63,931 bases of DNA, filler included, from Choristocarpus tenellus KU-1152 (GCA_964200185.2; 10 parts of 10 records of this genome joined end to end with filler, not necessarily neighbours in it), one strand, 5' to 3'. Positions 23,901 to 37,959 are shown, counted from the whole stretch's first letter. A program made the numbers and translations. Notes: generated by a model from the letters alone, not told the origin.

Positions 23901-26207
23901 TATATCATATATGCGAGAACACTGTAAGACACTACAAATGTGAAGAGCACTGATCTATTTGTTACTTCACCACTATCAATATTGTACTACTGCCTTCCTG
24001 TGCTTCCAATCTACCTACTCCTACGCCCCGGGGGGAGGAGCTAGGGAGGCATGCCAAGAATCCAATAAACCCCTCCGTGCCCATCTCCCTGGTGACCCTG
24101 GCTTAAAACGCATATTATTATCCTATTACTCTCAAGTATATACTGCTTTGTTCACATACTCGGAGTACTTCCAACTTGTGATAAGTCAGACAAATTACAC
24201 CCTGTTGTGTGTAACACACAGGATCAATGATCCGAGAAATGGGAATTATGATGGAGGTGGAGCTCATTCAACTTTCTTGTATCCAACCATTGGGAATCTC
24301 ATTTCCTCTGACGCTGGGCAAGTCAAATATATTTAATATGGGTTATGGCCCTATCCGGTTCACAATGTCCTTCACTCTGGTCAAGATCTGCCCAGATATA
24401 TTTGACAAGGGCAGGTCTGTGGTGTGATCCAGATATAGAGCTATACTCTCCAACACCCCGTTTTTTGGTCCTGATTTTTACCCAAGCTACCCCCCCGGCT
24501 TGATCCCGTTGTGCTTACCTGGTCTGGTGCAAACCCGCCTGATTTCAATAAGCCTTACCAAACATTCAACCATCGAAATAAACATGTTGACCTAAGATAT
24601 CACTTCGAAAAGTAGACGTTCCTGTTACAGCATTAGGCATGAACTCTTTCTCTTCACATTGTTGACTCAGGGTTCATCATGATTGACTGAGGGTTGGCCC
24701 CTCACATTTGATTGTGGGTACCTGAAACGAGGGGACAGCGTCTATGGTGGATGTCGCATGTGCCTCATGTCTGGAGCTGCGAGGACTACTCACACGTATC
24801 TTCATCCCCTCCTGCAGTGGATTCATTACAACAGCGCACCCAAGAAGCTATGGTGAAGCCCTGATATGGATTTGGTGTGGTGAAAAAAATGTCGGAAGGG
24901 CTGGGTCGCTCTCATAACGCCATATCCTCACAGCAGGATGTGGACAACTAACCTTCCTGTTTGCAGTAACCAGTACACTACTAATACAAGTAGTGTGAAC
25001 GGCAGATTGGCATTCAGAAAAAGCATAAGCGTATAGGCAGAGAGGCAAGGGCATAGGATGGATGTCAGAGAGCATTGTTTCACCAGCCAAACACAGCATT
25101 AAACAACCACCCATAAGAATATCAATCACATACATACGATTATTTCCTCTGTTTCATACAGTAATAGTGATACTATATTATATGATCATTATTATCCGGT
25201 CTCGCAATTTGAACCACTGACATATTGCTAACACTACTGTACTTTGGAGGGCTTATTATAATGCAATTGATTTAAATATTCTATGATTAAACAATATCAG
25301 AGTTTGTATTTCATCTACAACAATAAAAATCCTATACAACCTTTGTTGTATTATTTTGTCCTATAGAAAGAGAGTGATGAAATGACTAGGTGTGTATACG
25401 TACTACTCCAAGTACTCCTACAATATTAAGATGTAGTACCACTAAAATATATATTGTATAAACACCTTAGAAATAAGGGAAGAACCGACAAGTCGGACAA
25501 ATCAAATCTGATATGTGGCGTACAAATTCAATTTCCCATAAATCAATGGAACTTCATGTCATAAATCTGAGTGATGCACAGTGGGGCACATTCTCACAAA
25601 ATCCAAGATTTAGGAGGTAACTCTTTCATTTGTGGATCGGAATCATTTGTACTCATTTCTATTTCTGATAGTGGTATGGGACAAATCCTCCAACAAAATC
25701 TTGACAAACCAATAACGCACTGTGATTTATACAACTTGTGTTCACAAAGTCAAATCACTGTGGAGGAATTCAAATCAACGTATTTATACCATGGAAACCA
25801 TTTGCACGTCTTTTGCAGATGGGTGAGTGGTACGTAAAAATATTTGTACACTTTCTCGAAGATAGGGGAGTAGTACGACAATTATTTGCACATGTTTTTA
25901 ACACAGGAGTGTTGGTACCAATTGGCAAAATGCGACCGCTGACCACTGATATACGGAATAACATACCGGTACATGTTTCGAACTTGTAAATGTTAAGGGA
26001 CATCAACATGACGCACCACAGACGTCATTTCACCCAAGACACTAATGGGGTTTCCACAACGTGTTAGCTCAGAAGTGGGGGTGATATTTCTTAATATTAT
26101 GCATGGAGCAAGAAGGGAACGAAACACTCTATGTAATTACAATAGTAAAATAGTAGTAACTTAAAATTTATAAACGATTTTCTTTCCTAATTTAGTTTCC
26201 ACTGCAT

Positions 26208-26390
26208 AAGATTTGTATAAATTGTTCTTTCTTCTTAACTCACAAAGTAAGATTTGTATAAATTGTTCTTTCTTCTTAACTCACAAAGTGAGATTTGTAC
26301 ACGATTGTTCTTTCCTATGCCAAATCACAAAAGAAGATTTTTGTTCTTTCCTGTTGAATCACAACGTAAGGTTTGTATATAGAGATATAG
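26208..26390. repeat. 41-bp tandem repeat (2 identical plus 2 degenerate units)
   Basis: AAGATTTGTATAAATTGTTCTTTCTTCTTAACTCACAAAGT repeated. Confidence 0.85.
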
Positions 26391-27325
26391 TGGGGACAGA
26401 TGATGGGTACATAATTATCTTCTCTTGAAACAATAGGGAAAAATCATTTCTACATGCTGATAAAATGGTGAGTGATATCTACAACTCACGTGTAAATCGT
26501 TCATCAATATTGAGCTGTACTCACTACATGATTTGTGGGATGCACATATTCACCGCTCCTTCAGCCATCAAATATAAATATTTGTAAATATATATTTTCT
26601 GTGAGGTGACATAATTGTATGATTATTTCTGACTGGTTGTGTATCACTTTCTCCTGTTATAACTTGTTGGTGATCAATGGGTGTGTGTGATAATAGAAAG
26701 AACAGCAAGTTGAAAGTCAAGTGTACACCTGTTGTAAAAAAATGTCTACAAATCAAATACTATTACTACTACTTCACTTGTATGCATATAGATTATGCCT
26801 TCTCTCATTCAGTGACACCGAGAATAAATACGACGACCATAAGATAGTAAGTAAAAACTAGTCAGGGCTTGTGTTATTTCCTATTTTTCTATTTTAGAGA
26901 CTATTAATTACAAATTCAAGATAGAGCAGAAATAGATGGTTGCTTGTTTGATGTGTGGGTGCTGAGTTGACTGGTGACTTCAAGATGTAGTTTGGCACTA
27001 TACACTGTATTTTGACATTCAATTGTGAAGGATGTGATGTGTAAATAGTAAACATGCGAATCTTTAACGTCTCACGCACATAATACACGTATACTAACGT
27101 TTTCACTGCACATACGTGTATGTTCTTCGTCAGTTTGATCCAAGAAAGTCCAAAGAAGACTACTATGTCTATGAACATGTTGGAGTATAACTAACTTTTG
27201 ACATGTACACAATTTCATAGAGTAGTATACCACATCGTCGACATAGATGGTCTGGGCCTGCCAGAAAAAGAATTAGGCTGGCGGGACCACGGATATGGTC
27301 CGGTATAATTACCAGTACACATAGT

Positions 27326-27502
27326 GACTCAAAGTATCTGGAGGGGGGTCTACACCAGGGTTTCAATTTGGACCAAAAGCAGGAAAAGCGCATTTACATT
27401 ATCCATCAGACGTATGCAACCAAATCACCCAAAACTCGCGACATGCAATAATCGACCACAAATGGATAGTCGCCACCCCCACCCCCCCAGATACTTTGTG
27501 TC
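27326..27502. mobile_element. MITE subfamily A, complete, TSD AGT
   Basis: GACTCAAAGTATCTGG..CCAGATACTTTGTGTC TIRs; AGT on both flanks. Confidence 0.85.
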
Positions 27503-27804
27503 AGTTTGGACATGGTAGAGAATACTATACCCAGTCTGGCGTGTGGACAACCACTGGTTCAACACCTCATGGAAATGGACTGGGACAAATTAAATAATTG
27601 TGGGGACAGTCCAGTCAGTGAACGAGATCATTTTCTTTTGTCTAGTTGGTGAAGAGCCCTGTTAATAGACAATGTAATATTTTTTCCTACAACGTTCTCC
27701 TTGTTTAAATTCGTCCAACACTCCAGACTGTTAGGCCTACTCGCCCTAACGTGTTCTGATTGGTAATGAAAATATTGCAATCATTTGATCATATTCCATA
27801 TTTA

Positions 27805-27875
27805 GTAAGTGTTATTGCGCCCTCTGACATTTTGCAGATATGTCAGGGGCAAAACCGGTGAAAACCATCCAAATG
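27805..27875 (-). repeat. CRE-like family 3'-end fragment with hairpin
   Basis: GCCCTCTGACATTTTGCAGATATGTCAGGGGC stem-loop. Confidence 0.55.
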
Positions 27876-28399
27876 TTAGAATAATCCCTATTCCAATTCC
27901 ACCCTTCATCGTTGAGGTTTAACCTCATAATATATTAGTATGAATATGAAACAGATGGAAACAAGCCGACGGGTTCTTCCGACTGAAGGAGAGCGGGAAG
28001 ACCCACGGGAGGCCAGAAAATGGAGAAGAGTCAAGACAAGAGGGAGAGCAATCCCTCAGGAGATCACTCAAGAAAGAGTGAACAAGTGGAAAGTGAATGA
28101 GGGGAGGCTGCAAGGTCCTTTCAACCACCTGCTATTTACTTCAAGCAGATGTTACCTTCAACATGCAAAAACAAATGTCCTATGTATAACAGATTCATCG
28201 AGATAGGTTACCTTAAAGGTATATCTTCTTTGGAAGATGGCTCTCACATAACCCCCCTCCTCCTATGTGGCTAAATACAGGTATCAAAACAACACAGGTG
28301 TCAGTTGTACGAAAATTGTTGGAACTAACAGTAAGAAATGCTTCTGTGTACGAAGTATGTAGCATAATTGTAGCATAACTGATAGTAAAGCAGCAAATT

Positions 28400-28520
28400 G
28401 ATAGTGTTTTTCACATTTACGACGAATATTACTTTTCTAGGGTTTATTCTGACATGCGAATAGTTTTTGTTGATTTCCCTCTGAAACATCTCCAAAATGT
28501 CAAAAGGCATAATGATAAAA
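28400..28520 (+). repeat. CRE-like family 3'-UTR fragment
   Basis: TTCACATTTACGAC..TTACTTTTCTAGGG..TTTCCCTCTGAAACATCTCCAAAATGTCAAAAGGCATAAT parallels 12990-13090. Confidence 0.55.
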
Positions 28521-30345
28521 TGTATGTACACAATAGTTATGGACCTCCAAGCAACCAATGTACTGGTATGGGAAGAAGAGGTCCATCAACATACAGTAGT
28601 AGGAGTGTAGTAGAGATCTAACAACATTTTTTGATTGACGCCGATATTGGACTTGCAGTCAACCGTCGAGAACAACATTGATTGCTCCAAGGATATTGAG
28701 AAACACGGAGAGTCGAGGAGTGAAGAGTGAGTCATCAGTGAGACGGTAGGTTACTCCAAAAGAATTCCCGTGGCTCTGGGTATCGCTGAATGAAGAGAGG
28801 CACCTGTGCGGAACTAATGTCTTGAAAATGTCCCACTCATTCTGCCTCACAGAAGAACATCCACAAGAATTCAGGCTCCTGGCAAGACATATCAAATGGT
28901 ATGACGGCATAAGGTATACTGCAATTAACGGTATGATAACCATTAACCCCCCTTTCCACATCGTCCCCGCTTTTGCTGCACCTCAAAGCTTTGTATGCAT
29001 AATTCAGGACCAAGGAAAAGGTGAGCTCTGTGAGCAAAATGGGAAACAGTTGTAACTGTTAGCGTACTGTTCTTGCACCATTTTAATGCACAACGCCATT
29101 GAAATGAAATGGTGTGTAGTACGTGGAATGCATGGATACCTGATTAAAATATCATCAGCCAATGACAACATTGGTGGTATGTGATCAGCAGGGCAATCAA
29201 CCTTGTTTTAGATCCGAGTGTGTATGGGATCAGCATATCAGCCAGCCAAATAAGAGCGAGGTTGATGGTATGTGGTCAGTATAGCACCATGACTCTCGAC
29301 TCTTGTACAAACAAAAGATATTCAAGATTGAGGAAATAAGGAGAACATGCTTTAACACGCCAACAACTGTTCGACTAGCAATTTGTTATCTGAACAATTA
29401 TTAACGATTGTATTTGATATTTATCAACTCACCAACGTCTAAAGGCACATGAGGAAGCATCTACTTGATGAAAATGAACACTTGACGAGCAGACAAAATC
29501 AACGGATACTCAATGGTGCAAGTCTCCTTGCCCACATTCTGGATTGGAAATACTGCTCATGGCAAGAAACGCAACATTTCAAGTGTACACGAGGAAAAGG
29601 ACGATATTGTTGGTGTTCAACCCTCAATTCAATACGAGGTGACCGTACGATCATCACATCACCTCAGGGAGATCATTCCACTCAAAGACAACGGATAAAT
29701 GTGACTCACCTAGCGACTCATTTCAGCCCCATCACTCGCAAAAAACGCACCTTAGGGGCTTCGTGTAGTAGTAGCTGAATACTTCGAAGTATTACAAGTT
29801 GACGATCAAAAGTGTGGGCGATGGAAGTATCCCGCACACACAAAAAGTTCACCAATACTGCAAAAAATAAAAAATACTAACAACACAAGATAATCGAGTC
29901 CGTAAAGTGAGCATCAGTCTCTTTTCCTCACAATTTTTTTTTTCCATCAGAAAGGTATCCCACCATTTCTCTTCTAACGCTTAACAACACAAACACAGTG
30001 CACAACAGTCTTGAACACCACCACATAATATCACTGAGTACAATAGTTGCCATCTTAGTATAAATATATATCAAGGAGACAATAAGAAGAAGAGGAAGAA
30101 AGAATATAGGAATCAATATTTTCATTTACTGTATTGTATACTGCTTGATCTAACATAAATCCATCTTGATTGTCTTTCCAACGCATAGAAAATTTTAAAA
30201 GGATTAATATGTATTATTCTACCCACTCTATCAACAGCTTTAGTCGAATCCATGACATCCTTGCCTTAGGGGAGGGCTCAATCCGAACAGTCGGCCATGG
30301 TTGCACCCAAAGCAGACACAGTGTGTGACACAAAAAATCCCCAGC

Positions 30346-30445
30346 NNNNNNNNNNNNNNNNNNNNNNNNNNNNNNNNNNNNNNNNNNNNTTAATTAATTA
30401 ANNNNNNNNNNNNNNNNNNNNNNNNNNNNNNNNNNNNNNNNNNNN
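30346..30445. other. artificial contig linker
   Basis: N44-TTAATTAATTAA-N44. Confidence 0.98.
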
Positions 30446-33400
30446 CATCGTCATTCACTGGCCCTCCCCCCCAGTCACTCCTGCTACCAGTGGCAACCAT
30501 ACCCAGGTCACCCCCCCGATCATCATGCAGGAAGAAGTCCCCAATCACCGGGATGATTGTTGGATTTCCCCTCATTTTTTTTCGTTCCTGAAACACAAGA
30601 GATAAGATAGATTTGTTTTAAAGAACAGTCACAAATATTCTCTTTTTTATTCTGTTACAGATGGTTGTCAGCAACAAACCAGACAATGGGCAGTAACTGG
30701 TGAGAGTTGGGTATATAAAATATTGATTTGATGACATTTCTAGCACTCAACTACATTTCAAGTTTATGGGTATTATATTAATACCAACCCCAGTCCAATT
30801 GCTTTACACGTATCCTTCGTATTAGAATGTGTTTTGAAACAAAAAGGTACCCAAAACCTACAGGTCACAACTAGGGGTAAGGGGGTAGTTAAGGATTGGA
30901 GATTGGGGGGAGGTAAGAAGGGACGCAATATTTACCGGCAGAAACAGGAAAATTGAACACATAGAATTAGAACAATCAACTACATTGCTCCTGGGGTAAA
31001 ACATGTGAGAACATGGAGGAAGAGTGGTGGGCTTCTGAGAGAGAAAATAGGACAAAACATTAAATAACAGAAAAGACACAATGAAAAGACACAATGAAAA
31101 GACACAATGAAGAGAGCGAGGGGAGACAGAGAGACAGAGAGACAGAGAGAGGAACCTCAAACACCCAGTCACTGAAAATTCTCACAAAGGAGTAGGGCTT
31201 ACACACTTTGTCAGCAGCTTTCCGATGATTAAGATAAATTGTTTCCTAAACCTTTTTGGTGGGGCTAGGGTTGAGAATTTACCAAGTTCGGCGTTGGCAA
31301 AAAGAGGCCTAACCCAAATTGTCAGCAGAGAGTGTGACCTCAACCGAAACCCGGTGAGCATGTAACAGCCCCACGAAACGTCCATCTCCCCGGGTGGGTG
31401 AAAGCTGAAGAGGCAAGTCACAAAGAGGGCACCAGCTCCTGCAAAACAGATTCAATTCCAATTCATTCACTGCCCTCCATCATCCACAAGTCAATACACA
31501 ACACACACGAGTGCGGAAGAGACTGGCCATAATGCTATATTCAATAGCTTACACCTCACCATCTAAAGAGTGTGCGATGGAATAACCATGCCGTCACCAA
31601 TTCAATTCACACCAAGAAGCAAAGAGAAACTCTTGTCTTCAAGTTTATACAAAGCAGTCAATTTAATTGAAGAGGTCTATTTGGTCGGTATCGAATCGAT
31701 CAATTTCGTACCACTGTATTGCTACTGTGCCATAACTAACTGTGACACTGCCATCCATGATACCAAACCCTCACACCACAACTACAGATCTCGATAGACA
31801 GTCCTAAAGAGCAACCCACGGAAAAAAAAATAAGCATATTTGTAGAAGGGAAGCGATTAAGGTTTCAAAATGCAGCAGTCCAATGATTATCCCAAGAAAT
31901 CAGTGTCACTGACAGTTTCCATGATAGTCTTAATTTACTACCAACTCACCTGCATCTCAATATACATCCAAAATACATCAGATCTTTGCTAAAAAAACAC
32001 AGTGCCTTTTTTCTCCTTACAGCAGCATGTTGTTCAGAACAGCCGTAACTAAACACTCACACCCACCAATAGAAATAAAGGGCCCCTGAAGTATACATAC
32101 TATTTTGCCAGTCATCGCACCTCTCGAATGGCAGCCTGCTCAGCCTCTTCTGCTGCCCTCTCCTCCTCATTCATCTCTTCTCCTTCCTCGTCGTCCTCCC
32201 CCTCCCCTTCCGCACCAACAGAGGGCCACTCCGACAAATTGTCATCCAGGGTATCCTCTTCTCCATTGCCATCTTCACCTACTGGTGAAAAGGACAGTCA
32301 TGCCTCTGTTGTCCACTTTTATATTTTTTAATCAACACAATGGCAAACTCTTCGCACCACCGCCGTTTCATAATGAATCACACATTCATTTCATAGTTGA
32401 TGTTATATTCACATATATAGTTTGTAACTAAATGTGATGACTCCATTTCACACGAACCAGTAGAGACACATAAAAATATAAAGAGGCGTACTTTAATTCA
32501 AAGTCAAGCTGGTAGGGACATTAATCCATCCTTTTCATCGGTAATTCTGGTATTGAAATAACAAAAGTAATATTAACAGTAACAGGAATAATAAAAATAA
32601 AAGAACATTATTTCACATCACACAAACCTTGACATTGAACCTGATTATTTCTTTACAAATACGAAAAAAATGCTACAGAAAAAACTTTACCTAAACAAAA
32701 CAAATACAGAGAAATATAAAAAAAAATCAGTAGAGCGCATTGAATCACAACAACAATGTGTGCCAAGAAAATATAAGCAGCAAAAGCCTCTCACCAGAGG
32801 GCAGCCCAAAAGACTACCCCAACCCCAACAAATAATATATACGGGGGAGTGTCTTCACTGTCATCAGCACAGGGTTAGAATTAGGACACAATACACATCA
32901 CATCAGTTTGGGCACTCAAATTGCCCACCCACCCCAATTAGGACTGTTCCCATCCTCACTGAGACATCATTACAAGTAGTCCCGTGTGACAACCGAGACT
33001 GGAAAATCACTGTCTGAACCACCCTGTTGAATCCCCGCCCTATTGGGTTTGATTTTGTCAAACATTGAAGTACTATTCCAGTAGCATAACTACCTACCTC
33101 TGTGGAGCTACAGTTTACCCGTTTGGAACAGTAGCACCCCAATATGGGTGAGACCAAGTCCGGCATGCAGTTACCCCTAAAACCATCCTCAACCCCTTCT
33201 AGCTGACCCCTTGCTCCTCTTGGGAAGTCAAGTTTCTAGTCTCCTCCCTCATTGCCCTACCTTCTCTCTATTCTAGACAGCCCCTTCCCTTCGAACCTAG
33301 TCAAAGCACCCCCCTGATGTCCAACCTGGGATGAACCTCCTAAATCTCCAAGTTCAACAGTTCCTGCATCTTCCAACAGTTCCAGACTTTATCTTCACCA

Positions 33401-36400
33401 AAGACTTCACTCACTCCTTGGGTCCCACCCAACAAGGTCCTATCCTCCCCAAAAGGCCAGTAGATGTTACCCAATCAGCCCATCCCACTACCCTAACCTT
33501 AACGAAACCCTCTAACACGAACAGGTAAACTCCGGACTGGAAACTGGTTCGGAAACTAGGTTCACCTCGGGTTTCAGTGGGAGGGGCTGGTTACGTATAG
33601 GGTACTTTCCCAACCTATGCAGAGCCAGGGCCTAGCTTAGATCGAGGGAGGAAGTATTCAGCTGAGAAGGTTCAAAGTATCTGGGGTGGGGGGGTGTCGG
33701 CGTCCAATTTTCACCCTTTTTTCGATTTTCACTTTTTTGGTGTGATTTTGGTCGCACGTGTCGGATTTGAAATGTCAGCAAAGAAAAGGGTTGTTTGACC
33801 GAAACGGACACCCCATCACAAACCACCTCCCCCCCCCCCCAGATACTTTGAACCAGAAGGTCTCAGTGAAAGGTGCCAAAATGGGTAAAGGGGGGACTGG
33901 TTATGATGCTTTAGCTGGCCTCTCTTTGAACAGCATCAACGAGATTATTAGCACTGATTTATCGGCTGAGCTGCCGACTAAATCTGGAAAATCTCAGGTT
34001 TTCTGCTCACAACAACTTGGGGGTCACCTGGACGGTATGGAGCTTATCCATAACAGAATAAGGTGCACCAAAAAATATTGTTCACATTTTTGAGAAAAGT
34101 AATACGTATCGTACTCTTCATCAAAACCAGTCCCAAATATTTAACAACTTCACAGGCAATGTTACACTACCGTAGTGCTGTCTGCACTGTATCACATTGT
34201 TCCAAGTCAGCACAAGAAAGATCCAACCACGTTACCACACCATTAGTACTTCACAACCAACAGTTAGAAATGGGGAAACATCCCAAAACTGGAAAAAAAA
34301 ACTGAGAAACACTGTTGGTAATGGGTGGGGGGGGAGCAAGTTGAAAAACATGACCCATAACATTTTCCAATTGTTGACCCAGATGCAAATTTCCTCTGGG
34401 TAGAAAAACAATGTGTAGAAACTTCTACATCAAAAATGAAACAGTTTGCAAAATTCTCGCTCCCCTGGCTCTTTCCCCATACAGCAATTACCACAATGTG
34501 AATATAAAGTCCCACTCCCAAAAACAAAATATCTTCATTCTGTACCAGAATAAGCCAAACTCAAAATAGCAAAGTTTAATAAATAACCCAACTTCCGAAA
34601 AGAAAAAAAAAACCTGACCGCACTAAGCTTAGCATTGCTGACAACTACTGTAGCCTTGTTGGCATTTAAAATACCACCAATGCGAGGAACACCTGCACCA
34701 ATCAGGCATAACTACACACTCAGTACCAAAATATCATTGCACAGCGTTCCATTTTCTGATTTAGGACACTAATTGAGGATTTAATGTATCTAAACAACTC
34801 TTCTCGTAAGTCACGGTTAGTGTCCATTCAGATCAAGTGGTCTACTACGCTTTTAGGAATTAAATGTGTCCATTCAGCTCAGAGTCAAAAAGTAAATGAG
34901 AGGGGGGGGCCACTGTACTGATATTTAAAAGCCCCTCCGACTCGGGTGACACATGTTTTTGGAGCGCACTCAGTCCACTGCTGTGAGAGTGCATTTTGAC
35001 TGTCTCTTGGGTACCTTCAGTTTGAACCAGTGATCCTTATCGACACCCCTTCTTCAAAAATCGTTTTCTGAAAAGAAATTGAAATATCCTTCAAAAGTCA
35101 AAACCACCAAACAAAAACTTCTCTTGGAAGGACTCTCATATCCCTAGACATAACCCTTGGTCCTGAATGGTGACAACAACATCCTGCCATTAGCTACAGA
35201 CCAACCCCCAAGAGATTCAACTACAAACACTTCCGCCGCTCACACACAGTTGTAGAAACGCCTGAGCAGGCATGGAGGGTCAAACAAGGCAAAGCAGAAG
35301 CAACACCTTCCACGAAAAACACAGCAGAGGCAACACACTACTTTCACTTTCACGTTCACAGTACAAATTTTCTCTTGAGGCATTATCATTGTTTCTTTTC
35401 ATGTGTTTGGAAATCAAATGTAGGTCTCACAGATGTTAATTAAACACAGAAGTCATCTGAATATAGATACATACACTGATTCCCAAGCCAACCTGACTAT
35501 TTATAGGTTCAAGTTCAAAAAGGGTAAAATAAATCTTCATATTGCACTTACAAGGAACCATTACACTACTCCCAACAGTTATTTAAGAAATTAACTACTT
35601 ATTTTCACCCTTGCCTAACATTGAATAACATGGGTGCTAATACTACGTATGAATGTGCCGTTCACAAGTCCTGTGCCAAACGTTGAGATATCACTGTTCC
35701 ACTGAGGCAGGTAGTTATGTGACTTTCTGACCAGTGGAACAGTGATATCTCAATGTTGGACAAAATCAGAGGTTGGGGAGCTAATCCAGCATAATCCTTG
35801 GGCCATCACCCCACTAACCGTGCACTCTCCCCCTTGGTCATCTCAATCTTTGCACTTCCCATTTCATCTAACTCAGGACACACTCTATTATTATCCTCCC
35901 ACCATAGGGAACCGGGAAAGCAGTCTAGCTGGGATTCGATTCTACAGCCACTGGTGTTGTTGCAACTATCTGCCCCGGTGGAAGGACAATATGTCAATGT
36001 TTGACATCCTGCACCATCCAAGTTGAGGTATTTCTGTTCAATTGTCAAATCAACCCCCCCGTATCTTTCAAAAGCTTGAAAATGTGTCTACAGGTGGAGA
36101 GTAAATGCACAAATGCAAGGATGATATTCTCACAACACATAGCGCATTTCTGTGGCACAAGAGTATGAATGAAAAAAATGCACATTGCAGTATTTGGCAG
36201 GGGAAGACATTGAGCATTGTAGACTCAGGTAAGCTCAGTCAAAAAGGACACCAGCAGGGACATTAAAACTAACACCCTTCACCTCATCTAGGGGAATTGC
36301 AATTGATTGGCACTCATAAAACAATGAAGCACAAACAAACATATTCACACACAAGCAGCACAACACACAGAGACTGATATTACCACATGGTAGCAAAGAT

Positions 36401-37572
36401 ATCCTACAGGTGGGAGGCCCAACTGGGGCCTCAAATGAGCTCCAGGATCAGGCCAGGGTTGCGCATTGGGAGAAACGCAGCAGATGAATGGGGGGGAATT
36501 CAGTAACACCATTTACCAACAAAGCACCAGCAAAAACCCTCCCCCCCAACACATCATACCGACAGCATCAGCATCCAATATCTCCCCTTCAACTCCAGCC
36601 GCTTCTCCCTCCCCTTGTTCAGAGCCTTCTTCTCCATCCAACTCGCTGTCAGAGACGGTGGTCACACTTTCCTGGGTGATCACCAGTATTCACAGGAAGA
36701 ACGGAGGAATGGATCCCAAGGGTCGAGGCAGCCAAGAGAGGGAGAACACGGGTATCAGACAGGGTAACAAAAAATGGCTATGGTAATGAAGGACTCGCCA
36801 GTATGCTAAGGAGGCACAATACGCCCTAATCCCAAGGTCTTGACTCGAATCTCTCGACTAACTTCTAATCAATCAACGTTCTTCGTCCAGGAAGATCTAT
36901 CAAAGCACCCAATTGCCATCGATACTAGGCAAAATCCGAGAGAAAAAAGCCTATTCAAAAGAACAAGTTATTGATAGTGGAAGAAACTATGGCACACAAA
37001 GGCGGGAAAAAACGATCGATGGTGGGTTTGAATCGACGCGCCTGTGGTAGGATGTATTCTGAACCCTCACCTACAATAGTTGCGCCTACTGTAAAGTTCA
37101 AACACACAAATAAGACGCCTCCCCTAACAACTGTCTTTGAAAGTAATAAATTTTCTTTCGACGAAACAATAACTAGAAGATACTTCAGTGAAGGGATTTC
37201 TCTGTCGATCAAACCGGAGTAGCAATGCCTTTCTGCTAGCCCGGTAATGGTTGCAGCGGTATCTGGGCAAGGGCGGCAAGATCTCAAACAATAAAATACG
37301 TTCGGCGCCAAATTAATATCAATTCCCTGCCATCAATACACCAAGGTGCCCAAGCCTACCTCATCTTCATCGTCACTTCCATTGGAAGATATCTCTTCAT
37401 CTTCTTCATCATCAGCCCTGACCTCATCCCCCTCGTCCCTTCCCTCTGGATCAGAGCCGCCCGTTTTACATTCCAACCTACCCCCCTCTTCGTCTTCCTC
37501 CTCTTCTTCATCTTCTTCTTCCTCTTCCTCCTCCTCCTCCTCCTCTGACATCTTCCGGCGACGAGAGGACAT
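30446..37572 (-). CDS. CASC3: CASC3/Barentsz/MLN51-like exon-junction-complex protein, 5' part (exons 37572-37360, 36671-36560, 32281-32121, 30587-<30446)
   Basis: Four exons splice in frame (phases 0, 1, 0): MSSRRRKMSEEEE.. acidic N-terminus then AAIRE-ERKKMRGNPTIIPVIGDFFLHDDR, matching the Btz/SELOR motif NPxxxPxxGxFFxHDxR; truncated at contig end. Confidence 0.7.
33669..33854. mobile_element. MITE subfamily B, complete, TSD AGAA
   Basis: GGTTCAAAGTATCTGGGG..CCCCAGATACTTTGAACC TIRs; AGAA on both flanks. Confidence 0.85.
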
Positions 37573-37959
37573 CGTGTCTCAAAAACACCCCACCCCTGTC
37601 CACGCAATGCCTATGGACCTCGAACACGATAAGGGAACTAGAGCTTAGTGACGTTCTCACCTCCCCACCCCCACAGGAGAGAAATTGAACTAATATTTTA
37701 TTGATCCTCCAAACTTCTTGGGGTTAATCAACCGAGTCCTTACGTTGTGGAAGGAGTGTGTGGAATTTGGTGGTTGAGATGAATAATTTGCAATTTAGGT
37801 ACTTTTTCTTATTTTCTAGAAGGACTGTGAAACCGAAAATTGTAGATCATGTGTTCATTATCTGTGTTCGACAATTGATAATTAAATGTAATATTGACCC
37901 AAAAACTTGACGGACTTCTTGTGATGAGGGTGGCAGTGAGGAAGCAACCAAGCTCAACC

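Noticed and set aside
27110-27190. GIY-YIG-like motif YVYVLRQFDPRKSKEDYYVY
   Set aside because: Short, bounded by stops, with no downstream Arg/Glu motif.
28750-28960. Trypsin-like motif (EFPWLWVSLNEERHLCG..LTEEHP)
   Set aside because: Superficial only: TAAHC is not conserved and no DIAL or GDSGGP motif follows.
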